From assembly GCA_965112155.1 (NCBI GenBank), contig OZ218103.1: DNA of 64,000 bases. One strand, written 5' to 3'. This DNA comes from Podarcis liolepis. Its lineage: Eukaryota. The notes beneath the pieces are model-generated. The model was not told where the DNA came from. It saw nothing but the letters and a program-made list of their open reading frames with translations, and did no database searches. A program made the position numbers and the translations under genes. Positions 1 through 12,060 of this stretch are shown in pieces (positions within the stretch are counted from its first letter, which is position 1; each line of letters begins with the position of its first letter).

Positions 1-986
1 TTGGAGCCAATTGACTCACAAAATGTAGACTGGAATGACCCGTTTATACAGGTGCAGATCTACATATCAGTTTATTTCTAATTTAGGGAGGAAAAGCCTT
101 CTGTTAAACAACAGAGTTGGAAGTCCATGCTAATCTAACTACAGATCGACCTGCCCATTCCTGACAGTGCCACCGTTTGGCAGTCTTTGAGTTATGATAA
201 TGCATATTTTCCTCACCAGCTTCAGAAAAGGGAAGTTGTGTGAGAGCGCTTTACCGTGAGGTCAAAGCAATTTGCCTGTCTTTTCTTTTTTCACATTCAA
301 GCTCAAAATCATAGAAAATGATGGGATTTTTGTTGTTGTCTTTAATAAATAAAAGCAAGTTATTCTCTCTGATGACGGATGAAAAGGTGACAGGCTGTCT
401 CCCTGGATGCTATTGCAGCTTCCCAAAATAACTCCAATCCTCAGCTAAATGAATGCTGCTAGACAACTCATGGAAAGTGTGTTGGCATTGGCTGAACCCG
501 CCACTCGCAAGAAGTGGCTGCTTCATCTCCCAAGTGTTGCTGCCCAGTTGTGCTATTTTTAAAACAGGGAAAGCTCCTATCTGCGAATGGGACAATAGAT
601 GCAGCTGAAGGAGATGAGGGTGAGGGCCTCTGTGTGGGTTTCACTTTCTTTTAATAACGTGTGAAACAAACCCCCCACTTGGTTACAAAGCCTGGATACC
701 AGGCAGCCCTGCTGCAGTATCCAGAATCAGAATGCTAACAGCAGCAACCCACAGCATCCTCCCTGGTTTCTTTGGAATCATGCCCATGTCAGTGCACAGA
801 GGCTGCCGTGGGTGCCTTGCTTAATCAGAGCAAAAGATATTGGTGGCAAAGTGGAACAGAAATTTTAGGTAACAAATTCCAATAGCCCCGATAGGAGGGA
901 GCGGGAAGTGTGTGTAGAGGAGATGAGTTGTAGAAAAGTTTGAAAATGAAAATAAATGAAATATGAAATCAGCAAAATTGTGTATT

Positions 987-988
<2 letters not shown>

Positions 989-1029
<41 letters not shown>

Positions 1030-1030
1030 C
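989..1030. repeat. (GT)16(GC)5 compound microsatellite
   Basis: Read directly. Confidence 0.97.
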
Positions 1031-1382
1031 TGAACTTGCAACTGAGCTGTACCATCACACGATCAAATTTGGACTTGTGTCTGAATGGAGAGCCTGCCTA
1101 AATGTGCATTTATTAAACCTGCTTTCCTGCTATATCTCACAGGCTGTGGGGATCATGAGAGACATATTTTTTCAATGAACAAGATACAAGTGTGTTATTG
1201 CTTAATGGGAAAGTTTAGGGATTACTTAAACTGAAAACATGTGACCTCCCCATGGCGGACAAGCTCTTCTTACTTCTTGCCAACTTCCCCTTGGCTCTTT
1301 GCTTCCTCCACCTCTGATGCTATTGGGTAACTTGCTCTGATGGCATGGATAGCGCTTGGCACATTGAGGTGTAATGGCTCAA

Positions 1383-1535
1383 CAAGGAGCCAATACCAGC
1401 TGTGGCCTCTTAGGTCAACAATGAAGGCATGAGTTTAAATCCCAGGCCATAGGGAAAGACTAATTTTTGTTGGTGGGATTTAAACTCATGCCTCCATTTT
1501 TGGCCTAAGAAGCCACACCTGGCATTGGTTCCTTG
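1383..1535. repeat. Long inverted repeat, 62-bp arms and 29-nt spacer
   Basis: 1383-1444 matches the reverse complement of 1474-1535 at about 55 of 62 positions with no gaps. Confidence 0.92.
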
Positions 1536-1983
1536 ATGACTCTCTTCTTAGGAAGGCTGATGGCCAGGTCCTCTTCCCACTTTGAACAGCAGGTAGGGAG
1601 CAGCACTTTTGAATCTACGTACGTCCCTTCCTGCACTTATAGTGATAGCTGTGATGCTTTTGGGCTTCATGTACGGAAGAGCTGAGAGGAACTGTCAGGA
1701 CAATTTGTGAAATTCTTTTCCTTCCTTGGAAGTTGCATGTAGGAGGGTTAAAGGCACAATAAGATTTCCATGTGCCCTTAAGTGTATTTCTTAACCAATT
1801 ATTTATTGATGAGCAGAAACATCTTTTGAAGCTGCATCTAGGGGTTACATAACACCATCAGCAGATCACTTGCTAAAGAATTGCTATCACGCAACAGACT
1901 TTGGCTCTGTCATCTCTAGAGTCTTTGTTTCTCTTATTTACCAGTTAGGCAAATTGGATAAAGGAGGTGCTATGTGTTAGAAT

Positions 1984-2336
1984 GGGACACGGGTGGCGCT
2001 GTGAGTTAAACCACAGAGCCTAAGACTTGCCGATCAGAAGGTTGGTGGTTCGAATCCTCGCGACGGGGTGAGCTCCCGTTGCTCGGTCCCAGCTCCTGCC
2101 CACCTAGCAGTTCGAAAGCACGTCAAAGTGCAAGTATATAAATAGGTACCGCTCCGGCGGGAAGGTAAATGGCATTTCCATGTGCTGTTCTGGTTCACCA
2201 GAAGCAGCTTAGTCATGCTGGCCACATGACCCGGAAGCTGTACGACGGCTCCCTCGGCCAATAAAGCGAGGTAAGCGCCGCAACCCCAGAGTCGGCCACG
2301 ACTGGACCTAATGGTCAGGGGTCCCTTTACCTTTAC
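1984..2336 (+). mobile_element. Sauria SINE, full length
   Basis: tRNA-like head with A box TGGCGCTGTGAG and B box GGTTCGAATCC, CCTTTA-repeat tail, 13-bp TSD ctatgtgttagaa at 1970-1982 and 2337-2349. Confidence 0.95.
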
Positions 2337-5300
2337 CTATGTGTTAGAAAAGCCACATCAGGCTTCATGGGCACTTCTCAGGAAGTGAGGGAGCTGTGTC
2401 CCTAATTCTTATAGAATCATTGATAAAGGTATTTTTAACACAAATATGTAAGAATTGTCAGAGGACCCACCACTCTCACAAGATTTTTTTTACTGTTGTG
2501 TTTTTGCAAATGAAGAAATGAATCTAAGAGAAAGTGACTTCTAAATTTTTCACAGTTGATTCAAGTTTCCATTTTAGAACAAGGACAGACAGTTCCATTT
2601 ATATGCTTATGGTATAAATAGCCCTTGAAATTGTGAATGAACCCAGTAAAACCAAGAGGAGCAAGAGCAGCCTTTCATGTGCTGCTAACACTTGCCTGAA
2701 ACAATAACAATGGGCTGTTTACAGTACTTGAAATAATCACAACTAACATGGGACAAAATAGTTGATAAAGGACCACAGGATGCCAGCTCCTTATCACAAG
2801 TCCAGTGAATTTTGCTTATCCTGGGTAATTGGGCAACATTTCCCCTGCAAGTATGGGTTGCTAGTAGTGAACTGAGTAGAGGCGTAGATGTATTTGTTTT
2901 GTAGTTATGGAGGTGGCTACAAGATGAGGCACTGGCCTGGCTTGTACTTAAGACATGGCTAGCTGTTGACTTACAAACCATGGTTTGTTTGGTATTTTGA
3001 CTAAGCCCAACAACCTTGCTTAACTAAGTTGCTTTGGCATCCCACCCAGGTGCTTGTCAAGGTACAAAAGTACAAGGCAAGAGCAGATGGAAAGCAAACC
3101 AAGCTTTAAGGAAACAAATCATTGCTAGTTTGCTTGTCTGTGAAACAACCTGTGATTTGTTGAACAAGCCATGTTTGCAACAAACCGTGGCTTAGCATTT
3201 TGTGTGAATGGAGCTCTCTGAACTAGTAGAGGCTGCTAGACCTGATGGATTAAGAGTCTTATTTACTGGCAAGATACCTCAGGAATTCTGCCAGTGATGT
3301 TTGACCACTGCAGGGACAGGATTAGGTTTCAGATGGGAATGGAAGTACAAGTGAGCAAACCCAAGGTTTTCATGCTCCTGCGTTATGTCCAAATAGGAAC
3401 TGCCTGAATATAAACTCAATCAGAACTGGTTAGTAGTTCTTCCTTTAGAGGATTCTCTTGTGCTTCAGGTTCAAGGTAGCAGAGAGATTTTAATTTGGAG
3501 TTTTGGGGATGGGGTTAGGTTCAATTTAGTTCAACATTTTGCATTTGTCGTCCTAACATGTTAAAACTCCTTCAATTTTGCTTCTATCTGCCATAGTTAG
3601 TCTTTTAGAGATTTCAAGAAGCCAAAGTGGAAAAAGCACCAGGTCTTTGCCCTTTCTGTGAGAAGACATCTGAAGCATGCGTCATTTTGGAGTGTGACAG
3701 TATGCATGGAAATTTCCAAACACCACCCTCTCTTTGCCCCCCTTCCCCATTTCCCCTGCAGTGCTTTCATAACTCAGATGTCAAAGCCCTGAATATTATT
3801 AGTCAATTAGTGACTGACACATTTCCTGTAATGCTACCTCATTAGTCAGGCCAGGGAACCAGTGCAAAGGACCCAGCTAAAAGTATACCAAATGCCTAGG
3901 TTTTTGTGAGGAAGGGGCATGGAAGGCTCAAAGAGCATGGTGGACATTTTTTTTATCCATCCTAGGCAAGTGTGAAAACCTGTGTTCTAAACCTTAAGTT
4001 TAACTTGCTAGTGCTAAGGGGAATGTATTATGGGGGACACTGACAATATTTTCTTGCCTAGCTTCTAGCAAGATTAAAGCAGAAGGACATTTATCAAGGG
4101 CCACCACAAAGGATACTTGATTTTGATCAGTGGAAGGCTATGAATTTAATGCAACCAAGCGCCCATGTGAACACAAGTACTATCCATTTTATGAAATGGA
4201 TCCAAATAAATAAGGGGGAAGAGGGAAAAGCCTTGTGATGTGTGGAACATCCAAAAAATCCCCTCAGACAAGGGGAACAAGTGAACGAGTAATGGTAAAT
4301 TGCATAAAATCAGTTTCCAAGACTGATCAATTTTTTGCACTGTTGAAAGTCGAAAGTTGGTACCTCTTTAATATTCCCACAAAAATGAACTGGAAGTGTG
4401 AGCACTAAACTGGGACAATCCGTGACAGACCATGGAATTAGGGATGGATTGCACAAGCTCAGCCATTAGTCACAGTCTCTGTCATGACAGGATTGGGTGA
4501 TGCAGTTTCAGGTGTGAAAAGAGGTTTGGGAACGGCAGGGGTGGTCCTAAATGCAGTGATTTACTTGCTTCCATAGAAATTGGTGACAAGCATTCTCTTG
4601 CATGGGAGAAATTAAAGGGGTACACTCGGACCTAGTGCTGGGGTAAAGACCAAGCCTATCTCTGTTTTGGCCTCCCTCAAATTATAGATTCTGGACTTTA
4701 TCACAGGGAACTCTCTGGGAGCCACTGAGGGAACTTCCAGATTGGCACTAATTTTGATTTGGATTCAATCACTTAGCGGCAAATGCATTTTGCACAATTG
4801 TAGTGGATTTGGACATCTTGTGGAACAAACTGCTTCCTCCATAGATTGGAGTTTTTGCATTAAGGAAAGTGACAGGGACATGCACTGAAAAGTGTGGAAT
4901 AACACTTAGTTTGACACAACTTCATGTAACCTGCCTGCAAACAAATCGGGATGAACGGATTGTCTGGGTGTGACTGGAGATGCTGATTCTGCCTTTGTTG
5001 TACAGATAGCCCATTCTGTGTTCTACTTCTTGGTTATGCTAGGCTGTAATGTGATGAAACCCAAGGCATGGAATATGGGGCATTAGCGAAGGGAGATGAA
5101 GAGAGGGAGGCCTAGCTTGAAGCAGCAGTGGGCTGAAGGTTGCAACTGAAAGACACTGCTGAAACGGACTCTTACTGCACTAGGACCACAATATAAACAC
5201 CTCACTTAGGTTTGAGTGGGTCTTCAGAATGAGATCCTTTACTGCATCTCTCCCACTCACAGCATCTTGGCATGCAGAGGACAATGTCAACAGTGGTGGC

Positions 5301-7384
5301 AGCGCTCCTTCGCTGAGTGCCAACTTCCAAGCAGCTGCTATTGCAATTGTGCACAATGCTCCAAAGCAGTGAAGTGTCACTGTGGGACATTGTGGGCAAT
5401 TATAATGGCAGCCACCCAGCATCCATCAGAATGCCAGGAAAGGTTCCCTGGGGTAGCAGTGTTGGCAATGATGAGCCTTTGGTACTTGTCCAAGGAAAGA
5501 ATGTCACCTCCTGTTGCCAGGCATAACCAAACTTTTTTGTGTACAGAAACGCAGCAATGGAGGGACCTGGCCCTTCAAGGACTATTACTGGCTCCACCCC
5601 GAGCATGCAGCTTCCACTTTTCTTTTTTTTAAAAGTCAAATATAAGGTAAAGTGTGCAAGCAGTGTTCTTCATGATTGCAGAAGGATAGCTGCTCTCCTG
5701 CCTGCCTGTGTTCTGGCCAATGAGTACAAATTTGCTGGGATAATAAGAAAACGACTAAGCATTGTTTTGAAAGTACATTATCTACCATTCAACATACAAT
5801 GTAACTTAATAATTTTAAACATATTGGGCTTTGTATGCAGGCTTTGGCTCTTTTGTATTGATAAAATTGCCAACATCATGTACTCATGGGACCCCTGTGC
5901 AGTGGAGCAGGAATGTAGACACTCACAGCTCTGGTACTTTTTTGCAGCAGGAGCAGTAGTGTTGTCTGCAGCAGCTGCATTTGCCAGTGTTGCAAGTCTG
6001 GAGTGGGGTAGGTTGATTGTAATACAGGATAGGACATCCTGTATTCATTAATTTATCTGGCAACCGCCTTTCCTGTGCTAACACAATTATCCTGATATTG
6101 ATTATAAACAGTCCATAAAGAGCCTTACTAGCATGTGTATTACACGGAACATTAATTGTACTACTGCTACTTCTACTACTACTCATAATAATGTGGTTTA
6201 CATTTATATTCCACCTTACTTCCATTGATGGCATACCTGGTTGTGGATTCCTCCATTTTATCACCACCACCACCACCATCATAACCCTGTGAGCAAGGTT
6301 GGGCCTAGGGCTGGCTGTGACTGACCAGTGAACTGACTGATCAGGGCTATAAACCAAAATCTCCCCAGCCAAAGTCCAACATGTGAACCACTACACTACT
6401 GTCTCCCAGCTCCTATCTGATACTAATAATTTGGGTATTTTCCTATGTTCTGCTGCTTTTTGGATTTATGTATTTGGATCATCACAGTTGCCTGCATGTT
6501 TGGACTTGCCTTTGGGCTATCATGATGACCTCACACACTTCAAAATTTACCACTGCAAAATTGTCCCTCAGCACAACATTTCTGATCATGGGCTTATTTT
6601 TACCTTTAAGTCACAGCTCCCCATTCCATTTAACTTTTCTTCTTATTGCCTCAATTAACTTTTTGCTTTGTATATGGTATTTCCTTTATTAACAAATATA
6701 TAGGTCCCTATGATACCCCTCCTATGTTTTCCAAGTGAAATACCTGCTCTGCACGGAAGTGACAACGGAAGTTACTTGCTTACGGGAGGTGTCAGCAGTA
6801 AGGTACTCAAACCAAGCCAGCTTTTGCGCAAAGTTGAGTTCATTGAGTGTTGGATCAGCAAACAAGACAATGCTCTTAAGAGGATTATGGGTTGGCCTCA
6901 TACATTTATTATTATGCTCTGAGGTTGGTCAGCATAAGTTCAACCCCTTAGCATTACTACCATAGGAACACAGTCTCACACTGGAATGGAGAAATGGGCT
7001 AGTGAACAAATCTCTGTTGTGCCCATTTATGTCCACCTACTCCTCTCTGTTAAAAACACAGAGAGCAGATCCTGCACTCACACCCATCACAGCTTGAAAA
7101 TTATCTGAGTCAATAGAAGCCATTGCCTCTCTCTTTGTTCCTTGTTGCTACACAATTTGTGAGCAGCATTAAACCACCTACTACAGCCTTGGGATATCCT
7201 CCTTGCCCTCTGAACTTTTCACCCCTGCTGTTCCCTCTTTCATCTCTGTCTGCTCCACCTTTCTTGCTGTGCAGGCAAAGCTATCGCAGCCCCTCTGCTA
7301 CCATCAGCTATAGGTCTAAACGAAACAGCATCCAAGCAAGCAGTTTGCACATGTACAGGGGACCAGTCTGGGCTGGGGACCCAG

Positions 7385-7966
7385 GCATATGTGGGTGGCG
7401 TGGGGTGCAGGGGTGGCTTTAGCTCTTTAACTGCGGTCCTGATGCCAAGTGGGGACCTCCACACTTCCATTTGTCCTGTTATTTCAAGTCATAGGTTCAC
7501 TTAGGAAAATTAGGATGCAGTAAAATTGGTGAGAGAAAGAGTGGAGTGGGGCAGGGGCAAAGGAAGGAGAACCAGCACCTGGTGCAGGGTGTCGGGGTGG
7601 GACAAACTGCCTGGTGACGCATGCGTGGCACCGCTACGTAGGGTGTTTGCGCATGCGCCAGTACGTATGACGCATGCACGCACACAGCATGTAGTGCGCA
7701 TGCGCAGCACTGTATGTAGCGCCGCCATGCATGTGCCGCCTGGTGGTTTACCGGCGGTGTCGCTCAAGCGCCATACGGATGGTGGCAGAAGGTGCAGCCA
7801 CGAGCGGAGGATCCTCTGCACATGGCTGCGGTGGGGCGCTGGCGGCAGCTCCCGCCACTGCGCATGGGGGCAGCAGGGCAACCCCCCCATGGGATGCCTG
7901 CTTGTCACCCCCCTCAGAGATGGCACCTGGTGCAAATGCCCCCCCCCGCCCCTTCCTCTGCCACTG
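7385..7966. mobile_element. GC-rich non-autonomous DNA transposon-like element with internal inverted repeat; left end uncertain
   Basis: Abrupt GC/CpG-rich block ending in ...ctctgccactg, with internal inverted arms at about 7620-7732. Confidence 0.55.
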
Positions 7967-10255
7967 GAGTGGGGGAAGGATGTTGACTGCAACTAAATGA
8001 TGGGTTGGGGAAAGATTTTGACTGAATGCGTGAAGGGATCCTTGCAGGGAGGAAAGAGTTAGGTGGGATTAGTACCTGTCCTTATTTCTGTGATGTGCTG
8101 GAGGTATGGGTATGTCTTCAGCAACATCAACACTTAGCTTTTGCCCTTCTTTCCAGGCACAGGTCCACACTTAAAGGGTCTGTTTGTTTCCTTATTTTTG
8201 TCATGGAGCTTTCCCCACGAAAACCCGTTCTTTATCACTCAGAGCAAACACCAATTTGGGTTTCCTCGGATTACCATTTGCTCCGATTCAGCTTAAAAGG
8301 GCAGGTTTTCATGGAGGAAGCTCCAGAACAATGACAGAAAAGGGCGCTCAGACACAGAGCTTTTAAGTGCAGACCATGCCAGGAAAGAGCAGAGGAAAAG
8401 TAAGTGTGAATAAACCCTGGAGGAGGAGTCCACAGGACAGTTCCTGTGCAGGGAAAGGAGGTCTCTGGGTTGCATGTTCAGAAAGCAAGCATTTTTTAAT
8501 GCCTGAGATAGGGCTTTAATGATTTAAATGATAGCAAAGGATGAAAACTCCATTTTCCTGTCTTAGTATATCTGTATAACTAGATTAAGAGGAGATGATT
8601 TAGCAAAAGACCCTTCCTGGTCCAATGATAGGAAGGTAGAAATTAGCAGAAACTGCTCCGTGTCTGTCAGTCACTTCTAAGTGGTGTGAGTTCATTTCTC
8701 ACTTTCATAAGCAATCCAAGGAGGGGAACAAGAGGCTAGGAATCAAGTTAGGGAACAATAGGCATGTGACAGGGATAGTGACTATGAAACATGTAGGCAA
8801 CATTTCAGGGTACGTGCTTCATCTGCCTTTTGGTTACAGCACACTGCTTCTATGACTGGAAGCTCAGCCATCTGTTCCGTTCACAGACTATTTTGTATCT
8901 AAAACAAATTGATCCAGTAAGAGGCCTGACATGATGCATATGCCTAAGAGAAATAACAGCACTTAATTTGCAGAACACCATATATCAGATCACCATTGCT
9001 GAGTGAAATCTTATATCATGCCGTAGCCTTAGTATAAAAAAACAACTTCAAGACCATGTTCCAGTGTACTTGTCAGCTACTAAACTCTGTAGCACTTCCC
9101 TTGGAACTTTTCACTGTGTTGAAAAGTGGGGAGAGCAAGTAACAATACATTTTGCAGCTGGTGCCTTTAAAATGTCAAGCTTGGAAGCATTGCTGAAGTT
9201 TTTTCTCAGAATCCCCTCTCCATGTGGGAAAGTTTGCTTTGTGTCTTTCTGGATGAGTGGGGCTTTCCCCCGCAGTTCTGCTACAGGGCTTGGAATATTT
9301 CTGAAATCGTGCCCTAGCCCTTTATTCTGGTTATCTGAAGGCATTCCTCATTGCTTTGCCCCCCCACCCCCAATGTACGTTCTGAATTTGCTCCAACATT
9401 TCCCGTCTCTGTGTGCCATAAAGCTTGTGTGCCCAGACTGGATGTGTATCATTTCAGCCATTGTTGGCACACAGGGGGAAAAATTATTCCCCTCATTCTG
9501 TTCTTGCCTCATGTCCTGAGTGAGTAAATTTTCAAAGCTGTCACACTTAATAACGTGGTCCTTGTAGGCTGTTGTCTTCCTCTCCCCCCACCCTTTGCCT
9601 TTCTCTCCCTAGCGCTTGCCTGAGCTGGGTTTCGCTCTGCTGTTGCCATGGCTTTCTGAGTGGTCACAGCAACAGCCACGCAGTGCTTTTGGATTTGTTA
9701 CCATCTCCTCAGTCACCTATAGTTTTCCTTTCCTTTCAGCGTATAGAGAGGGAGAGGGGAGGTGGGGAGAGAGGCAATCCTGCCTTGTTCACACGGAAAC
9801 TGTTCCAGTGCTGTCATTCAAAAGCCTCCTGCTTTCCAAGAAGGGGGATTAATTTGGCTAGATACAGGCGTGTCTGGCACGTAGGCTGAAACTAGGGTGG
9901 GGGGAGAAGGGGTTTCAACGTGCTGAACAGTCACTGGCTAGGCTGGTTGCTAGGTGCTGGAGGCTATGGGCGTCAGGGATTCCTCAGTGTTCAGTGACTG
10001 GGGCCATGTGCAGCCAACAGGCCAGGTTGCTAAGCAGTTTTCACAGGATCTGATGAAAAAGCAGTTCTTTGTGCTGTGTCAGCTATTCCCCCCCATGCTT
10101 CCCTCCCAGTTGCATTGTGTGGGGGTTGTGTGTATGGAGGGGGGTAAGTATGGCGAGGGGGAGGCTTCTTTTTTCCTTTCAGTTTAGTATCCAGATTCTT
10201 GGGCAAATGGCCAACAAATGCTCCTTGCTGGGGGACTATAAATATAACCTGTTGT

Positions 10256-10450
10256 TAGGCTTGCCAGATTAACCATTCAAAAACACATGGCTGCTTTTAG
10301 TCTCTTCTGCAGAGCTGTTTGGAATCTGGGTAAAGGGCATACATTGTACTCTCTGTGGCTGATCTGTTTTTGAAATAAGGGACACTTTCTCAAAATAAGA
10401 GACATTTGGTAGGGTGCCCACCTTTGCAAACTGGATATTCGGGCACCCTA
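10256..10450. mobile_element. Degenerate MITE-like element
   Basis: Ends taggcttgccag and cgggcacccta resemble degenerate tagggttgcc-type terminal inverted repeats. Confidence 0.4.
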
Positions 10451-11929
10451 ATTTGTGTATTTAGTCTTATGCAAATTTATTCCCATTTTAAATAGCACAT
10501 TGCCCCTTTGAGACTAGACATTTTAGAATGAAGTGTTTTCTTTCCAACTTGCCCAGTCTCTTACACCATCTTTTGACTTAATAAAATTGGCAAATGCAAC
10601 AGCAGAACAGGCAGGTATAGTGACAGCTTGCTAGGAGAAACTGCAGAATAAAATTGGCTGGTTGTTTAGGATAAGAAGATACTGAGTGGCTGCCTTGGGC
10701 TGTGTACTCCTATTCACTCTGCACCCTGGGCACTCCCACCACTGGCTTGGGAAGTGGTGTACGTACAACGGTAGCCACAATCCATATTTAATCTGTATCT
10801 GCTGTTTTGTTTCATATGAAATATATGTGCAAAGCCAGCTTCAATCAGAACTGAGAAAAAGAATGATCTAGCTGTGTTTTTAAGTTGGTAATATGTACAC
10901 AACCATGGTGTCTGTTGAAAGAGGGAGGGAGAAGGATGCAGTAGATGCAGGCAAGGTTGGATTTGGGTTGCAAAAGTGGTGTAGTGGAGCAGCATCAGGC
11001 AGGGACCGTGCGTCACCATTCAGTTCACAGTGGGGACAATGTTGTCATCTCCTGGAGGCACTGTTTGCCAGTCCTCAGCATACCAAATAAAGAAACATTT
11101 CTCAGAGAGAAACCCACCAAATCTCCTAAGCAGAGGAATAGGTAGTTGGCATTAGCATGCACAACTATGGATTAAACTGGATTTTTTATTTTGAAGAATT
11201 CCAAACTTTTAATGACCAACCAGAATGTCAGAATATAATGAACAAACTTTTGAGTCTACCAACACTCTTCATCAGGCTAGATGTTAATTAAAGCAGGATA
11301 GAAGGGGAAGTTGACATACTAGTATTGAGGCCATAGTGTCTTCATTGGTCAAAAGTTCATTTTTGTTGTATAGGCTTATATGGCTATGGGGGCGGTCATC
11401 ATGATGAGTGACTGAACTGCAGAACTGACTACTACACTACTAGTTGCATCTGCACTCTGCATGCACTGCATCGTGACGATTTCAGATTCACTGCCCCCCT
11501 TACTGCCCTGACCTTGTAGACAACCACTATGTTGTGGATCTTTAGTCTCTTCCTCTTTTGCTTGTCTCGGTGTACTTGGTCCTCAGGCCCCAAGAGGTTG
11601 TTGCTTAGCATTTAGATCTTGCAGATGAGACTTTGTTCCGATAATGAGCCTGCTGCTCTCGTACACACCCACACACCGTTTCCATAAGCAGCCTACTTTT
11701 GTGAGCAGTATAACGAGAGCAGCAAACTCATTCAAGATCACCTGCTCCCTTCTGTAAGCTGGAAGATTGTCATGTGCTGATTTCTTGCCCAGTTCATGGA
11801 AAAGGAACTGCAGTCTCAGGGTTCAATGGACTGTCACTTTGTTCTACCGTCAGCTGCACTGTCACCTGGCTGTTAAGCCCTATCCTAGGTGGTTCTGGTA
11901 GAATAAAATCAAATACTGAAGCTTTGTGA

Positions 11930-12060
11930 AGCACCTTAAAAACTAATAAATTCATGAGGGCATAAGCTTTTATGGAGTAGAGTCCACTTCATCAGATTCT
12001 TATGTCCTAGTAAAGAATCTGTTAGTCTACAAGACAGTGGTTTCTGCTGTAACAGTCCAA
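11930..12060. mobile_element. Penelope-like retroelement remnant
   Basis: gcaccttaaaaactaa...cataagctttt...agtccacttcatcagat resembles squamate Penelope terminal repeats (recalled); related fragments near 11215-11285 and 55715-55800. Confidence 0.4.

Noticed and set aside
1984-2060. tRNA-like A and B boxes (also at 14931, 16010, 20060, 21660 and 32401)
   Set aside because: These are SINE heads continuing into SINE bodies and tails, not tRNA genes.
5180-6372. Dense set of overlapping ORFs up to 170 aa
   Set aside because: No recognisable motif, atypical Cys/Leu-rich composition and no consistent splice signals; compatible with chance.
7510-8000. ORFs of 156-160 aa on both strands
   Set aside because: They lie in a GC-rich repeat-like block with internal palindromes and show no recognisable domain.
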